Origin: Azolla caroliniana
Lineage: Eukaryota > Plantae > Polypodiophyta
Assembly: GCA_043228905.1 (NCBI GenBank)
Contig: JBHGNT010000016.1
Coordinates: 14,074,001 to 14,138,000, forward strand
DNA length: 64,000 nucleotides
Direction: 5' to 3'
Below are positions 36,540 to 48,476 of the stretch, piece by piece. Made by a program: the position numbers and the translations under genes. Numbering within the stretch: position 1 is the stretch's first letter; each line of letters starts with the position of its first letter. The notes under the pieces are model-generated. The model had not been told where the DNA came from, made no database searches, and was given only the letters and a program-made list of their open reading frames with translations.

Positions 36540-37500
36540 TCAGTCCAAATGAACAAGAGAGGATAGTACTAAGTTATTGATTAGTACTAATGCACGAGAG
36601 ACGATAATACTAAGTTTGAGATTAGTACTAATAGACGAGAGCGGGAAGTTGTAAGTTATTAATTTAATAGTACTAATGCACGAGAAAGGATAATATTAAG
36701 TTGGAAATTAGTACTAATATACGAGACTGGGGAGTGGTAAGTTACTAATCAGTACTAATGCATTAGAGAGAGAACAACCATAAGTTATAAGTTGGTTGTA
36801 ATGAACAAAGTTGGAGAGTGCTAAGTTATTAATTAGAACTAATGCATGACAAAGGACAGTCCTAAGTTATAAGTTGGTCTTAATAAACAAAGTTGGACAA
36901 TACTAAGTTATTAATTAGTACTAATGCTTGACAGAGGACAATCCTAAGTTATAAGTTGGTCTTAATGAACAATGTTGGATAGTACTAAGTTAATAATTAG
37001 TACTAATGAACATGGTCGGATAGTACTAAGTTAATAATTAGTATTAATGAGAGAGAACAATCATAAGTTATAAATTAACGAACAAAGTTGCATACAACTA
37101 AGTTATCAATTAGTACAAACATTACTGAGAGGGGGCAATGTAAGTATTAATTAGTGTTCGTGCTTGTCGGATGGTAGTCCAAAGTTATAAATTAGTACTA
37201 ATGAACGAGAGAGGGCAGTGCCGAGATATAAATTAGTACTTGTGCTAATGAAGGAATACAATCCTAAGTTATAAATTAGTACTTGTGCATGTGGGATCTG
37301 AGTACTTAGTTGTAAACCATTGTCAGTACTTGTGCATGTGCAGCTTTGGGGACAATACTATGTTGTAAATTATGGATACATTACAAGGCCTCAACCTTAA
37401 TTAGTACTTGTACACGTAGGACGATAGTACTAACCTGTAAGTTAAGTTTACTTAACATGGTTATTACCATAATCAGTACTAGTGAATCAAGGAGGAGAGA
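36540..37500. repeat. Degenerate ~42-bp minisatellite in the transposase intron
   Basis: Unit similar to agtactaagttattaattagtactaatgcacgagagaggata, about 20 copies. Confidence 0.85.
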
Positions 37501-38465
37501 ACTAAATGGCAAATCAGTTCAGATTCACATTCCAAGACAGTACTGGTGCATGTAGTTGGAGATTTACTAATTCAGTATTTTATACAAACATTTATAAGTA
37601 CTATGGAGTATTACCAAAATAGACTTCCATTTATAAGTACCAAACATATGGATTATTTCCTCACCGTGCAATGAAGTAGAAGGATCGGGCCCCCTTAAAT
37701 TGCAAGGCAGCACCATCAAACCAAACCCAATGCCGATTAAAGTTAACACCCAAGGACAATAAATCTGCATGGTGAAGCTTAAAACAATGTTGAACAAATA
37801 GCGTATCATGTTTTTTATCATCTGAAATGTAGAATATTGATTTCTTATGTAACTCACCGTCTTTTCTCCAGTAGCAAATATGTACAAGTATTGTCAATTG
37901 GTCATTGTACCAATGCATTGATTGAACCTGATTTTGAACTTTAAACGTATAGTTCTCTGCAAAGTCCATAACAGATACAAAATGACAGTTACCTACATCA
38001 AGCTCCTGTCTACAAAATGGTGGTCGTGGGCAAACTCTACATGTTCTTAGAAGACATGTATGCTTATGCCACTCAGATAATGGTTGTTTTTCACAAACAA
38101 AAGACCTCCATAACTCAAAAACCGATGCATAAGTCATGTTTCATGCATTACATCTATTATCACTCCCATTTGGTCTACATACCTCACAAGTGCAAACACA
38201 CCCATCCCCGTGTATACCCTTAGAATCAATATGCATAGTGTTCAGGCCAATCCTTAAAATGTCCATCTTAATGTGGTACACACAACAACATGTGTTCCTC
38301 TCTTTTAACTTTCTAACAAAAAACGGTTTCAAACCTTAGAACTTGCGAAATCCAAGATTGATGTTAGGATGTTGGTCTTTGAAGTTCATGAACGATACCA
38401 CCTACATCACTCAATAAATAACAAAAGTTAATAGAATCCTTTAGTAAAAAATAATATTTAGAAAC

Positions 38466-41400
38466 TATTGAGAATCAAGCTCAACTTGGTCTAGTGTGTG
38501 AATTCACCTTGAGAGTGAAGAGACACTCCAACGGTCAAGAGTCACCATTATGTCACCACTTTGTATTCTAGTATTTAGTATGAGTCATAGAATCCTATTC
38601 TATGACACATAACTTATGAGCTTTCAATTCCCCATGCTCCATGAGGCTTGTAGTTAATGAAGAGAGAGGGTGACTACATAAAGCACCCTCCTCCCACCTT
38701 GTATAACGTTGAGTCTTTATCCTTTGTCAATATACTTTTACCTTGCGTATTCTCTGTGTTTCTCTCTCTCTCTCTCTTACACACACACATAAGTCACATC
38801 TCTTCCGCTTCACAAGAATCCATCTCTTGATTCTTTACATGGTATCAGAGCGATTTGGTAACTCGATCTAGCCCATTCGCCTCATCGTGATCATGTGTTG
38901 TGCTCTACAGCGACAACCAAGAACCGGCTCATAGCTATCGTAGCTTCACTACATAGCTCGCATTCGAAGAGAGAAGAAGAAGAGGAAGAATCGACATAAT
39001 GAATACTCAAATGGGGAGCACTCTCCCTACCGAGAAGTTGGATCGAAACAACTTCGCATCTTGGGAGTACAAGATGCACCAATACCTTGTCGGACAAGGC
39101 TATTGGAGCTACATCAAAGGAGCGCATGAAGACCGACCCGCCGAAGCGGCTCCCGGATACGCGACATGGGAGCAAGCCGCAAGCTGCGTGATGTATTATT
39201 TGGCGACATGTGTTCACGACCACATGCTTGGTTACATTCGAGAAGCCAAGATGCCGAAGGAAGCGTGGGAAAATCTACGAAAGATTTTCGCCACCAACAC
39301 GACCGCGAGGAAGCTTCAACTCCGCCAAGAGTTGAACAACATTCAACAAAGGGACATGTCCATCACGACATACACCTTGAAGATCAAGGAGCTTTGTGAC
39401 TTGCTCGGCTCAATAAGCGTATGTATAGCTGATGATGAGATGGTGCAAATATGCCTCGGCGGCCTCGCACAACGGTTCGACACGATGTGAACCGCCGTTC
39501 TAGCACGGGAGAAATCTCCCTCCTTCTTCGAGCTCCAATCAATGCTATTGGTCGAAGAAAACCACGTGCGTACAAGGAGCAATGAGTCAGAAGGCCACAT
39601 GTTCTACACACACTCTAATGGAGGAAGAGGACACAGACGAGCGATAGGCCGATTTGGCCAAGGACAAGGCGGACGAGGTCCGACCTATGACAACAACTCC
39701 CAATTTCGGCCGCAAAACGGAGGCCAACGAGGAACCTTCGCAAGAAGGGGGAGCTTCCACTCCAGCCCAAGCCGTCAAAACGCAACCGAATGCGGATATT
39801 ACGGAAAGCTCGGCCACCACGAAGAAGAGTGCCGAAAGAAGATGCGTGAATCAGCTTCCACAAGCCGACAACTCACGAATTACGCACACAACTCTGACTA
39901 CCAAGATCGTGGCAGAATGTATGCGCACAACTCCGACCATGGAAAAATGTTCATGATGAAACATAGAGCAAACTCTATGGCGGCCGCTACCTCAACTAGT
40001 GCCTCCGGTCCAGAAGACGTATGGTTCGTCGATTCCGATGCCTGGAACCATATGACATCGCATCAAGAATGGTTCTGAGAACTTCGAGAGCCGGACCGGC
40101 CCGACTATGTCGAAACCGGAGATGACACTACGAACCCAATTCGGCACATCGCCAATGTTCTGTTCGGAAAAGAAGGTAAGAAAAATTACATTAAAAATGT
40201 CTTGCATGTACCAACCATTACGAAGAATTTGGTCTCCGTCGGCCAAATTGTAGAGTAAGGGATACAAGTTCGATTTAATCAAGGCGGTTGCTTCATCGAA
40301 AAAGAGGGCCAACTCATCGCACGCGGACGAAGAGAGGGCCGAACGTTCATTCTCAATTCACGCTAGATGAAATCCGCCATGTTCGCGAAAAACAGGAAAG
40401 CCGACTCCGACATAGAGCTATGGCATAAGCGAATTAGCCACATCAATCTCAACAAACTCAAAGCAATGAAATCGAAAGGAGTCGTCATCGGACTCCCGAC
40501 ATTCAAAGAGAAGGAGATTGAATGTGTATGCGAAGCGTGCCAATTCGGCAAGCAACACCGACACCCATTCCCGAAAGAGCGGAACGTGAGCAAAGGTCTA
40601 CTCGACGTAGTCCATTCCGTCGTATGGGGACCGGCGCAGACGGCTACATTCGGCGGATGCCGATATTACCTGATCTTCATCGACGACTTCTCTAGGCACA
40701 CTTGGATCTACCCGATGCGGCAAAAGAGCGAAGTGTTCGGACACTTCCAAAATTTCCAGAATGAAGTCGAGAAAGCCACGGGCCGACATGTACGATGCCT
40801 TCGATCGAATGGCGGCAAGGAGTACTTCTCGGACAATTTCACGGCGTATCTCCGAAAGGAAGGAATTCGGCGAGAATTAACTTGCCGACACACTCCGCAA
40901 CAAAACAGAGTAGCCGAGCGCAAAAATCGGCATATCCTCGAAGTAGCGCGGGCCATGATGAACGAGAAGCATATGCCCAAGTCATATTGGGCCGAAGCTG
41001 CAAATACGACCGTCTACCTAATGAACCGGTGCACAACATCCGGCGTGCACGAGGTCAGTCCGCACGAAAAATACTTCGGAAGGAAGCTGGATTTATCGCA
41101 CATCCAGATATTCAGCACGATAGTGTACGTGCACATCCCCGACGAGAAGCGTCAAAAGCTTGACCCGAAGTCGGAGAAATGTATCCTCGTAGGATACTCA
41201 TTGGAGCAAAAGGGGTACAAGTGCTACAACCCCTCAACTCGAAAATCTCGAGTAAGTCGAGACGTCATTTTTGACGAGTCCGCATCCTGGTACGCACCAA
41301 AGACAACTTCGCCTCCGACTTAGCTCGACCCGGAATCTACCGAACAAGAGATCGAGGATGAAGATCGCCCTACGCGCATGATCGAAGAAAGTCCGATCAC

Positions 41401-43898
41401 GACCCGACTGAGCGGACCACAAGAGTCTTTGAGTGATCAAAGCACATCACGGCCTAGCCCAAAGATGGACAAAGGCAAGGCGAAAATGGCGGAATATGAA
41501 GACGATCGCTTCAACGACGATGAGTCGACTCACTCACTCGATACTGAGTTCGGCGGCTTTGACGTACCAATCGGAGCTAAGAAAGCCCTCATCAGTGCAA
41601 ATGAAAAGCTCCGCCGATCCACTCATGAAAAGAACCCCGTAAGCCGATTCGGCTACAACAATTATATGGCGTACCATTACGCCTTTATGATGAAGGTAGC
41701 GACAGTATGGGAGCCGGAAACCTTTTCGGAAGCCGCGAGGGACCCGCAATGGATCGAAGCAATGAACGAGGAGATGCAGGCACTACGGAAGAACGAGACG
41801 TGGGATCTCGTTCCCACCTCACCACACAAAAAGGCGATCGGATGCAGATGGATCTAAAAGGTGAAGTATAACGTCGATGGCTGCATAAACCGCTACAAAG
41901 CTCGACTCGTAGCGAAAGGATACGCTCAGACGCATGGCGTCGATTACAAAGAGACCTTTGCCCCGGTGGCAAAGATGACGACGGTGCGGACCGTAATTGC
42001 GATTGTCGCGGCGAAAGGGTGGCACCTCCATCAAATGGATGTCAAGAACGCCTTTCTACAAGGAGAATTAGAAGAGGAGGTGTACATGATCCAACCACCC
42101 GGCTTCAACTCGAGCACCCATCTGAAAGCTGTTTGCCGACTCAAGAAGCCACTCTACGGCCTCAAGCAAGCACCGCGTGCTTGGCATTCGAAGATAACGG
42201 AATATCTTCATCAAATCGGCTTCCGTATGTCAAAATCGAACAACTCCCTCTACATACGAAGCGATTCCGCAAGTCCGATCGTCATCATCTTATATGTGGA
42301 TGACCTAGTCATTGGAGGTGAGCATCTCGTCGAAATCACTAAGGTCAAATCCCTCCTTTCCGACAAGTTTGAGATGACGGACATGAAGGAGTTCCACTAC
42401 TTCCTTGGCATCGAGGTAATTCGGTCTCCGGCCGGAACCATGATCTCTCAATGGCACTACATCCTCAACTTGTTATACAAGTTCGGGATGGCTGAGTGCA
42501 AATCCGTGGGAACCCCGCTCGATCGTAATCTCAAACTAGATGCGAACTCCGGCACCAAAGCGTGTGAGCCGACTCAGTATCGGCAACTCATCGGGAGTCT
42601 CATCTACCTCACGATCACTCGACCCGATCTCAGTTATCCGGCCGGTCTCCTTAGCCAATTCATGCAAACACCGCGTGATACTCACTTGGATTGTGCTAAG
42701 CGAGTTCTACGATATGTGAGCAACACAATGGATTGCGGCATCCTCTACAAGACCGTGATGCCAATACGACTCGAGGGGTACATAGACGCCGATTGGGCCG
42801 GCTACAAAGCCGATAGAAGATCAACCTCCGGATTTGTTTTCTCCCTCGGTAGCGGAGCAATATCCTGGAGCAGCAAGGAGCCGCCCACCGTCGCTCTTTC
42901 GAGTACGGAGGTTGAATATAGGGGCGTAGCCGTAGCTGCATGTGAAGCCGTATGGCACAAGAGGATTTTGAAGGATCTGGGTGTACCCATCAAGGATCCG
43001 ACTTCCCTTTACTGCGACAACATGAGCAGTATCTATCTAGCTCGGAACCCGGTGTTCCACGCACGGACAAAGCACATCGAAGTGCACTATCACTTCATCT
43101 AAGAGCACGTTCTGGCTGGCGATGTTGACCTACAACACATTAGCACCAATCTTCAAATGGCCGACATCTTCACTAAAGCCGTAGGAGCCGACAAGCTATG
43201 GCAATTCATGACCGATCTCGGATTGACAATCCCTAACCTACCAAGCTTGAGGGGGAGTACTGAAGACACTACGCAATAACACATGGATTCCGCAACCACG
43301 CAACGAAGTAGCGAAGAGCCGATCTACTGCGCAAAGCCGTGAAGAAAGACGCAAGACAAAGCACAAACTTCGTAACTACACACAACGCAAGCTAGAGCAC
43401 GGATTCTGCAACTCCATATAAAGCGAGCCGACACAAGTCGACGCGGACTCCGGAACGCGAGTTGAAGCGGATTTTGGATACCGTCTGAAACCGACCCAAC
43501 TTGAGCTTGAGGGGGCGTGTTGAGAATCAAGCTCAACTTGGTCTAGTGTGTGAACTCACCTTGAGAGTGAAGAGACACTCCAACGGTCAAGAGTCACCAT
43601 TATGTCACCACTTTGTATTCTAGCATTTAGTATGAGTCATAGAATCATATTCTATGACACATAACTTATGAGCTTTCACATTCCCCATGCTCCATGAGGC
43701 TTGTAGTTAATGAAGAGAGAGGGTGACTACATAAAGCACCCTCCTCCCACCTTGTATAACCTTGAGTCTTTCTCCTTTGTCAATATACTTTTACCTTGCG
43801 TATTCTCTGTGTTTCTCTCTCTCTCTCTCTCTCTCTTATAGACACACATAAGTCACATCTCTTCTGCTTCACAAGAATCCATCTCTTGATTCTTTACA
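38466..43898 (+). mobile_element. Copia F, full length, inserted in an 89-bp intron of the transposase
   Basis: LTRs 38466-38839 and 43518-43898, TSD GAAAC on both sides, PBS tggtatcagagc 38840-38851, PPT gagggggcg. Confidence 0.97.
38999..43260 (+). pseudogene. pol: Copia F gag-pol with several in-frame stops
   Basis: ORFs 38999, 39542, 40367, 41378, 41861 are co-frame; gag, PR (WFVDS), INT, RT (LYVDDL), RH. Confidence 0.95.
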
Positions 43899-45455
43899 GA
43901 AACAAATAGATAAATACAAAAGAATTACCTCAGTCATCTCCAAGAAGCTTCTTGGGTGAATCTGGTACCTACCCCGACCTATACGTTGTCTACATACATC
44001 TTTTTTATTCGGTGAGACACGAGTGTTTTTTGTTCAAAAGCAATCCACTTTCTCAATAATCTCATGAGACAAAGCATCACATCATCGTCCAACCACTTAA
44101 ATTGATTTGACTATATATTTGTCCGATGCTTCCTCAAGTTTCTTCTTTGAATACTAAGGGCTAAGGCAACTTTAGTATCACTATTTTTTTTTTCTTGTAC
44201 CATTTACAACAATGTGAACGGCTTCTCTCTTTGCACCAAGCTTATCTATGCTCTCTACCCCTTTCACTAACTATAGCGATGATTTCATAGACTCTACAAT
44301 CTCCTCTGAAACACATTGGTCCCTAAACTTAATATTCTCCATGCACTCATTCAAAAGTTGATGGTGTAACACTCTAGAGATAATATCCCTACGATCTTCC
44401 TTGGTAAATCTCTCAATTGCTTCTAGTAAATAACGAACTATGTGAAGAACCACCCGTCTCTTGCTCCTCTTAGACATAGAATTGCTCGATGACAACTCAC
44501 TCTCCTTGACATCTACCATTGCCACTCTCATGTATTCTTGCACCTAATTTCCTTTTATTTCAGTACCTAATTAATCAAAATAAATTCTTAATACATCGTA
44601 GAATAAACGTACTTAATATGTCAATGCAAACCACATCAACCCGTTTTTGAATAAACATGTATGATAATACTACACACATATATTCCTTTAACAAAACAAA
44701 ACAATACAGTACTAAGATTATCATTCTATTAAGATCGGGAAATAGTACAAATAACAATATGCTCAACGTAATATGGTAAAAATGAACAAGTAGATGGAGA
44801 TGATAATGACAATAATAATCATGATGTTGATGAAGGCATAATCGTTTCAGCATAAATAAATCTTAAAGTGTCCATTTGAAAGGATAAACAATAAATATTA
44901 AAGCTTAAAAAACAGTTTTGAAATAACCAACGCTTAAAAAACAGTTCTGTAGACATACTGATAGAAGGAGAAGATATACCGAGGGAAGGAGACGACATAC
45001 TGAGGGAAGGAGAAGACAAACCGACGAAAGGCGAAAATGGCTCAGATATGTGACATAAAGAACGCTTGATCATTTTCACGTAGGTTTGATTCGTAGATAA
45101 GGAACAGCAAGATCCCAAATCTTGGGGACATTCGTGTGCTGTGAATACCTAAGATGCAGAGAAGGACAAACAGTGAATCTGAGATGGGCTCGGTTGGAAG
45201 GAGGAAGGGGATGCGCCAAAATGGTGAGAAGCGCCAAATTCAATTAATGTGGTGTGTTAAATAAAAAGTGAGGGGGAAATAGCCTCCAAATAAGTCTTGA
45301 CTCTTAAATACGCAACAACTATCTCCCCCCATTAAATGCAATGTGTACTACCCCCACCCCACTCCCTAAAAAGATTATAAACTTTTTCGATTTTTTAAAA
45401 ATCTTATTTAGAATTACTTAGTAATTTTTTGGTACACTGTAGCATGCCTCGACCC

Positions 45456-46371
45456 TGCCGTGTAATTCAAGTTCATGCAGTAGCACCATTGTTGAAATGG
45501 TTTTGGCGACCATCGCTAGATTAATCTAATGCTATCCTATCCTCGTGTGACCATCCAAACAAATCTTTATATTCTTGTAGGAGATCGACCATAGCTACCT
45601 TTTGGGAGGGCGGTAGTTCTTTCGCTATAGACAGAGGTCGTGGTGCCTTGGCTGCCCCAACATTAATTTCTTCCATGGCCAATGTTGTGACGCGTCGAGA
45701 GATTTCTGTTTCTCGATCGAACGCGTCGCGCCCCCTTTGGACTTCCACCAGTGCTTCTATGTCAGGCTCGCAGTTGTCGACATTTGGTGTGGCTGATGCA
45801 ATGTACTTGTTGGCTATTTCGATGACGTCAATTTCGAATAGTGGTATTATTCACAGATTATCCTGAAGATACTCCTCAAGTTCATCATCGTCTAGTCCTT
45901 CCAGCATGTGAACGTCTTCCGCGTACAGTGGAGTCATACCTTTTGTGGTTGATGCGATTTCTTTTGTCAGAACTCGAACTTTGGCTTGGCCTCGTCGAAA
46001 ACTAATGTTGTTATGCTGCCAGTTTTGCTTGATGTTAGAGGAACGTAGCCATGGGCGGCCTAGCAGGAGGGGCTACGCATCAGGGGCATCAAGGGCAAAT
46101 ATTATGACCGATTTCAAAGACGTGACCACTGATCACGATTTTTAGCTTCCGGACCAACCCTAAGGGACGGATGGATCGCGTATCCGCGATGTGAAACTAG
46201 AATGTCCAGGTGGTTGCAAGTCGCCTTCCTGATGACATTAACCCCGGAACCCCCATCAACTATACATTCGGAAATTTTCTCCCCTTGCAGGACCACCTTA
46301 ATAGCCGGATTGTGGTGGTCCACCACAGTTTGCCCTATACTAGATTCTGCGAAGTTGGTCAGAATGTTGAC
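45456..46371 (-). pseudogene. pol: Gypsy G upstream fragment (protease to start of RT)
   Basis: CIVDGGSGVNVI, EEINVG...LSIAKEL, ends KPFQQWCYCMNLNYTA at the transposon TIR. Confidence 0.85.
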
Positions 46372-48476
46372 TGTTGTTTGCCGGAATAGTAACCAATGGA
46401 CAAGAGCGCAATAATATAGAATGGAGTAATATTGTAACGCATGTAAACGGTTCACGCAGGAAGCGTGAACAACTAAAAAACCATGCGTATATAAAGGGCA
46501 GAAAACCTCTGATAGAGGGAGTGTGTAATTTTGAATGTAAAAGGCATATCTTAATAGAGTTCTATCTTCTCTGATATCTGTGCATATCTGTGGTTAATCT
46601 ACTGTGCGTCTGTGATCCTTGGTGGCGTAGCATAGTCGTAAAAGCATAGGTGTGAGTAATAGTGTGGTTGCTAGTCCACTGTCTAAGGAGCTCGGTTGTA
46701 GCCGTCTCCCTTATACGCTACTAGGTTACGGGAGGTATCCCACTAAGTATTACACACAGAAGATACCATTCGTTGCCACACAGTCACTTTGAGGTCTAGG
46801 TCGAAGGACTGACCGTAAATCGTGTTCCTAATCGGTAACACTTTTGGCACGCATGGTGATCTGTGGCTTCTCACAGACGAAAAACGACGAATGGATGTTT
46901 AGCCGCAAACACCCCAGAGAACCAACACGACAAGACCAACCAATCACAAGGTCGATCACACACGAGGTAGAGGAATGCGCACGGCAAAAGCCTTGCCTCA
47001 GTGACATCAGTGATACCTGTCGGGACCACAAAGATGATTTCTCGCTCCCCAAATACCTCAGCGATACGCAGGAAGCGTGCTCACCACAAAAACACTGTGG
47101 TCTTTCCCTGCCCGCCGTAGCATCCAGCATGGCCTTTGCTTATCCCTGCATCAACGGCAAAACCGACGCCGCAACCCACGTCCAACTATTCCTCAATGTC
47201 TGGAATGCAAACCACATGACACAGACCCTTTCCGAATCAGTAACGCACCAGTCCAAAATGACGGAGTTCGGATTAACCTTGGATGGGAGAGCGGCGTTTT
47301 GGCATTCGCAGATGGATCTGCCAGCAATCATGACCTTCGATCAGTTGCAATCAGCCTTTCTGCGGTTTTTTCATCGGAGGGTGCCACAACGCGAAATCCT
47401 GAGGCAGTTTTACAGAATTAATTAGTTGCCGACTGAGACGGTAGCGGATTTCAGTTTATGCTTTCAAAATCGACGGCGGAAATTAGAACAGGGCCCAGAG
47501 GATGAGGCTATGGAGACATTTCTGGCAGCATTACGACGACCCATACGGACAACGCTCAACAACAATAGCGTGAAAGGGGAAACGACCGATATGGTCATAG
47601 AAAGAGCGCTACAGCTCGAGTTGGACGAAGAAGAGGAAAAGTTTTCCATGTCCTCATTACGACAAGCGTTACCTCAGGACAAGGAATGACATTTTCGCCA
47701 AGCAATCTAGTGCACGATTTGCTTGAATTCAGGGCATTCCGCAGTTGAATGCAACATGTGAATCCATTGTCCAATCTGTCACTCGAAAGCTCACACAGTT
47801 GAGCAGTGCGAGTACAATATGTTGAACAGATCCATAGCCACAGTACGCAGTGTGGAAACACAACATCCCCCACGCCGTAATGAACAAAGGCGGCAAGAAG
47901 AACGACCACGGTATATGGATCGGAACCCACGCGATTACCGGCACTACCGGAATCGCCGGAATCACAACGATTTCAAGGAAGACGAGCCGAAGGATGAAGA
48001 CTACCATGGCAACCACAGAAATACTAAAGGGGGTCGACTCTATGAGAATTACCGTCTGACGAACAAACGTGGTGGCTTTAATGGGCCTCGCGGAAAGCAT
48101 CGTCACTATTGGGACCAACGGCGGTACGACGAAAGCTCAGACGATGACCGACACTAGGAACCGCGCCGGGACCAACAACAACCACCGTGTACGCTCCGAT
48201 GAACGAATCAGGACTGGGAGGAGCAAGTCACACCTGGGGATCGGCACACACCACCAAGGGCCGAGAAGGGCAAATCTAGCATCCATTGTTTCGTTTGTCA
48301 ACAGCCCAGACATTATGCCACACAATGCCCAGTACGCAAGGGCAAGGGGCCCGCCGTCAATACGATTACAGCGGAAGTACAGCAAATCACGACACGACAA
48401 CAAACAAAAAATGTTGATTGGGTTGCGCAAGATGAGATACGGCAGACAGCCGAAGCATGGGTTGAAAATGCCAGTA
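46372..48476 (+). mobile_element. Gypsy D (A family): 5' LTR, PBS and gag, truncated
   Basis: LTR 46372-46840 similar to the A LTR; tggcacgc PBS; gag FGLTLDGRAAFWH, MVIERALQLEL, zinc knuckles. Confidence 0.88.

Larger units (their letters stand above)
35566..44543 (-). pseudogene. Spliced Sola2-type DDD transposase pseudogene; exons ~44543-43929, 38401-37665, 36439-35566
   Basis: TRVSPNKKD, TCCCVYH, MDFAENY...QSMHW, ISDDKKHD, WFDGAALQFK, WNYFGSGHGKGVHNGAG, SCFCFMC; GT-AG introns 38402-43928 and 36440-37664 are phase-compatible. Confidence 0.8.
8108..45455 (-). mobile_element. Large Sola2-like DNA transposon (about 11 kb without the two full-length nested LTR elements) with transposase and convergent partner gene
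   Basis: TIR 45429-45455 starts GGGT; 4-bp flank GGCA; spliced transposase pseudogene on the minus strand, spliced gene on the plus strand, shared AGTACT-rich intron repeats. Confidence 0.65.
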
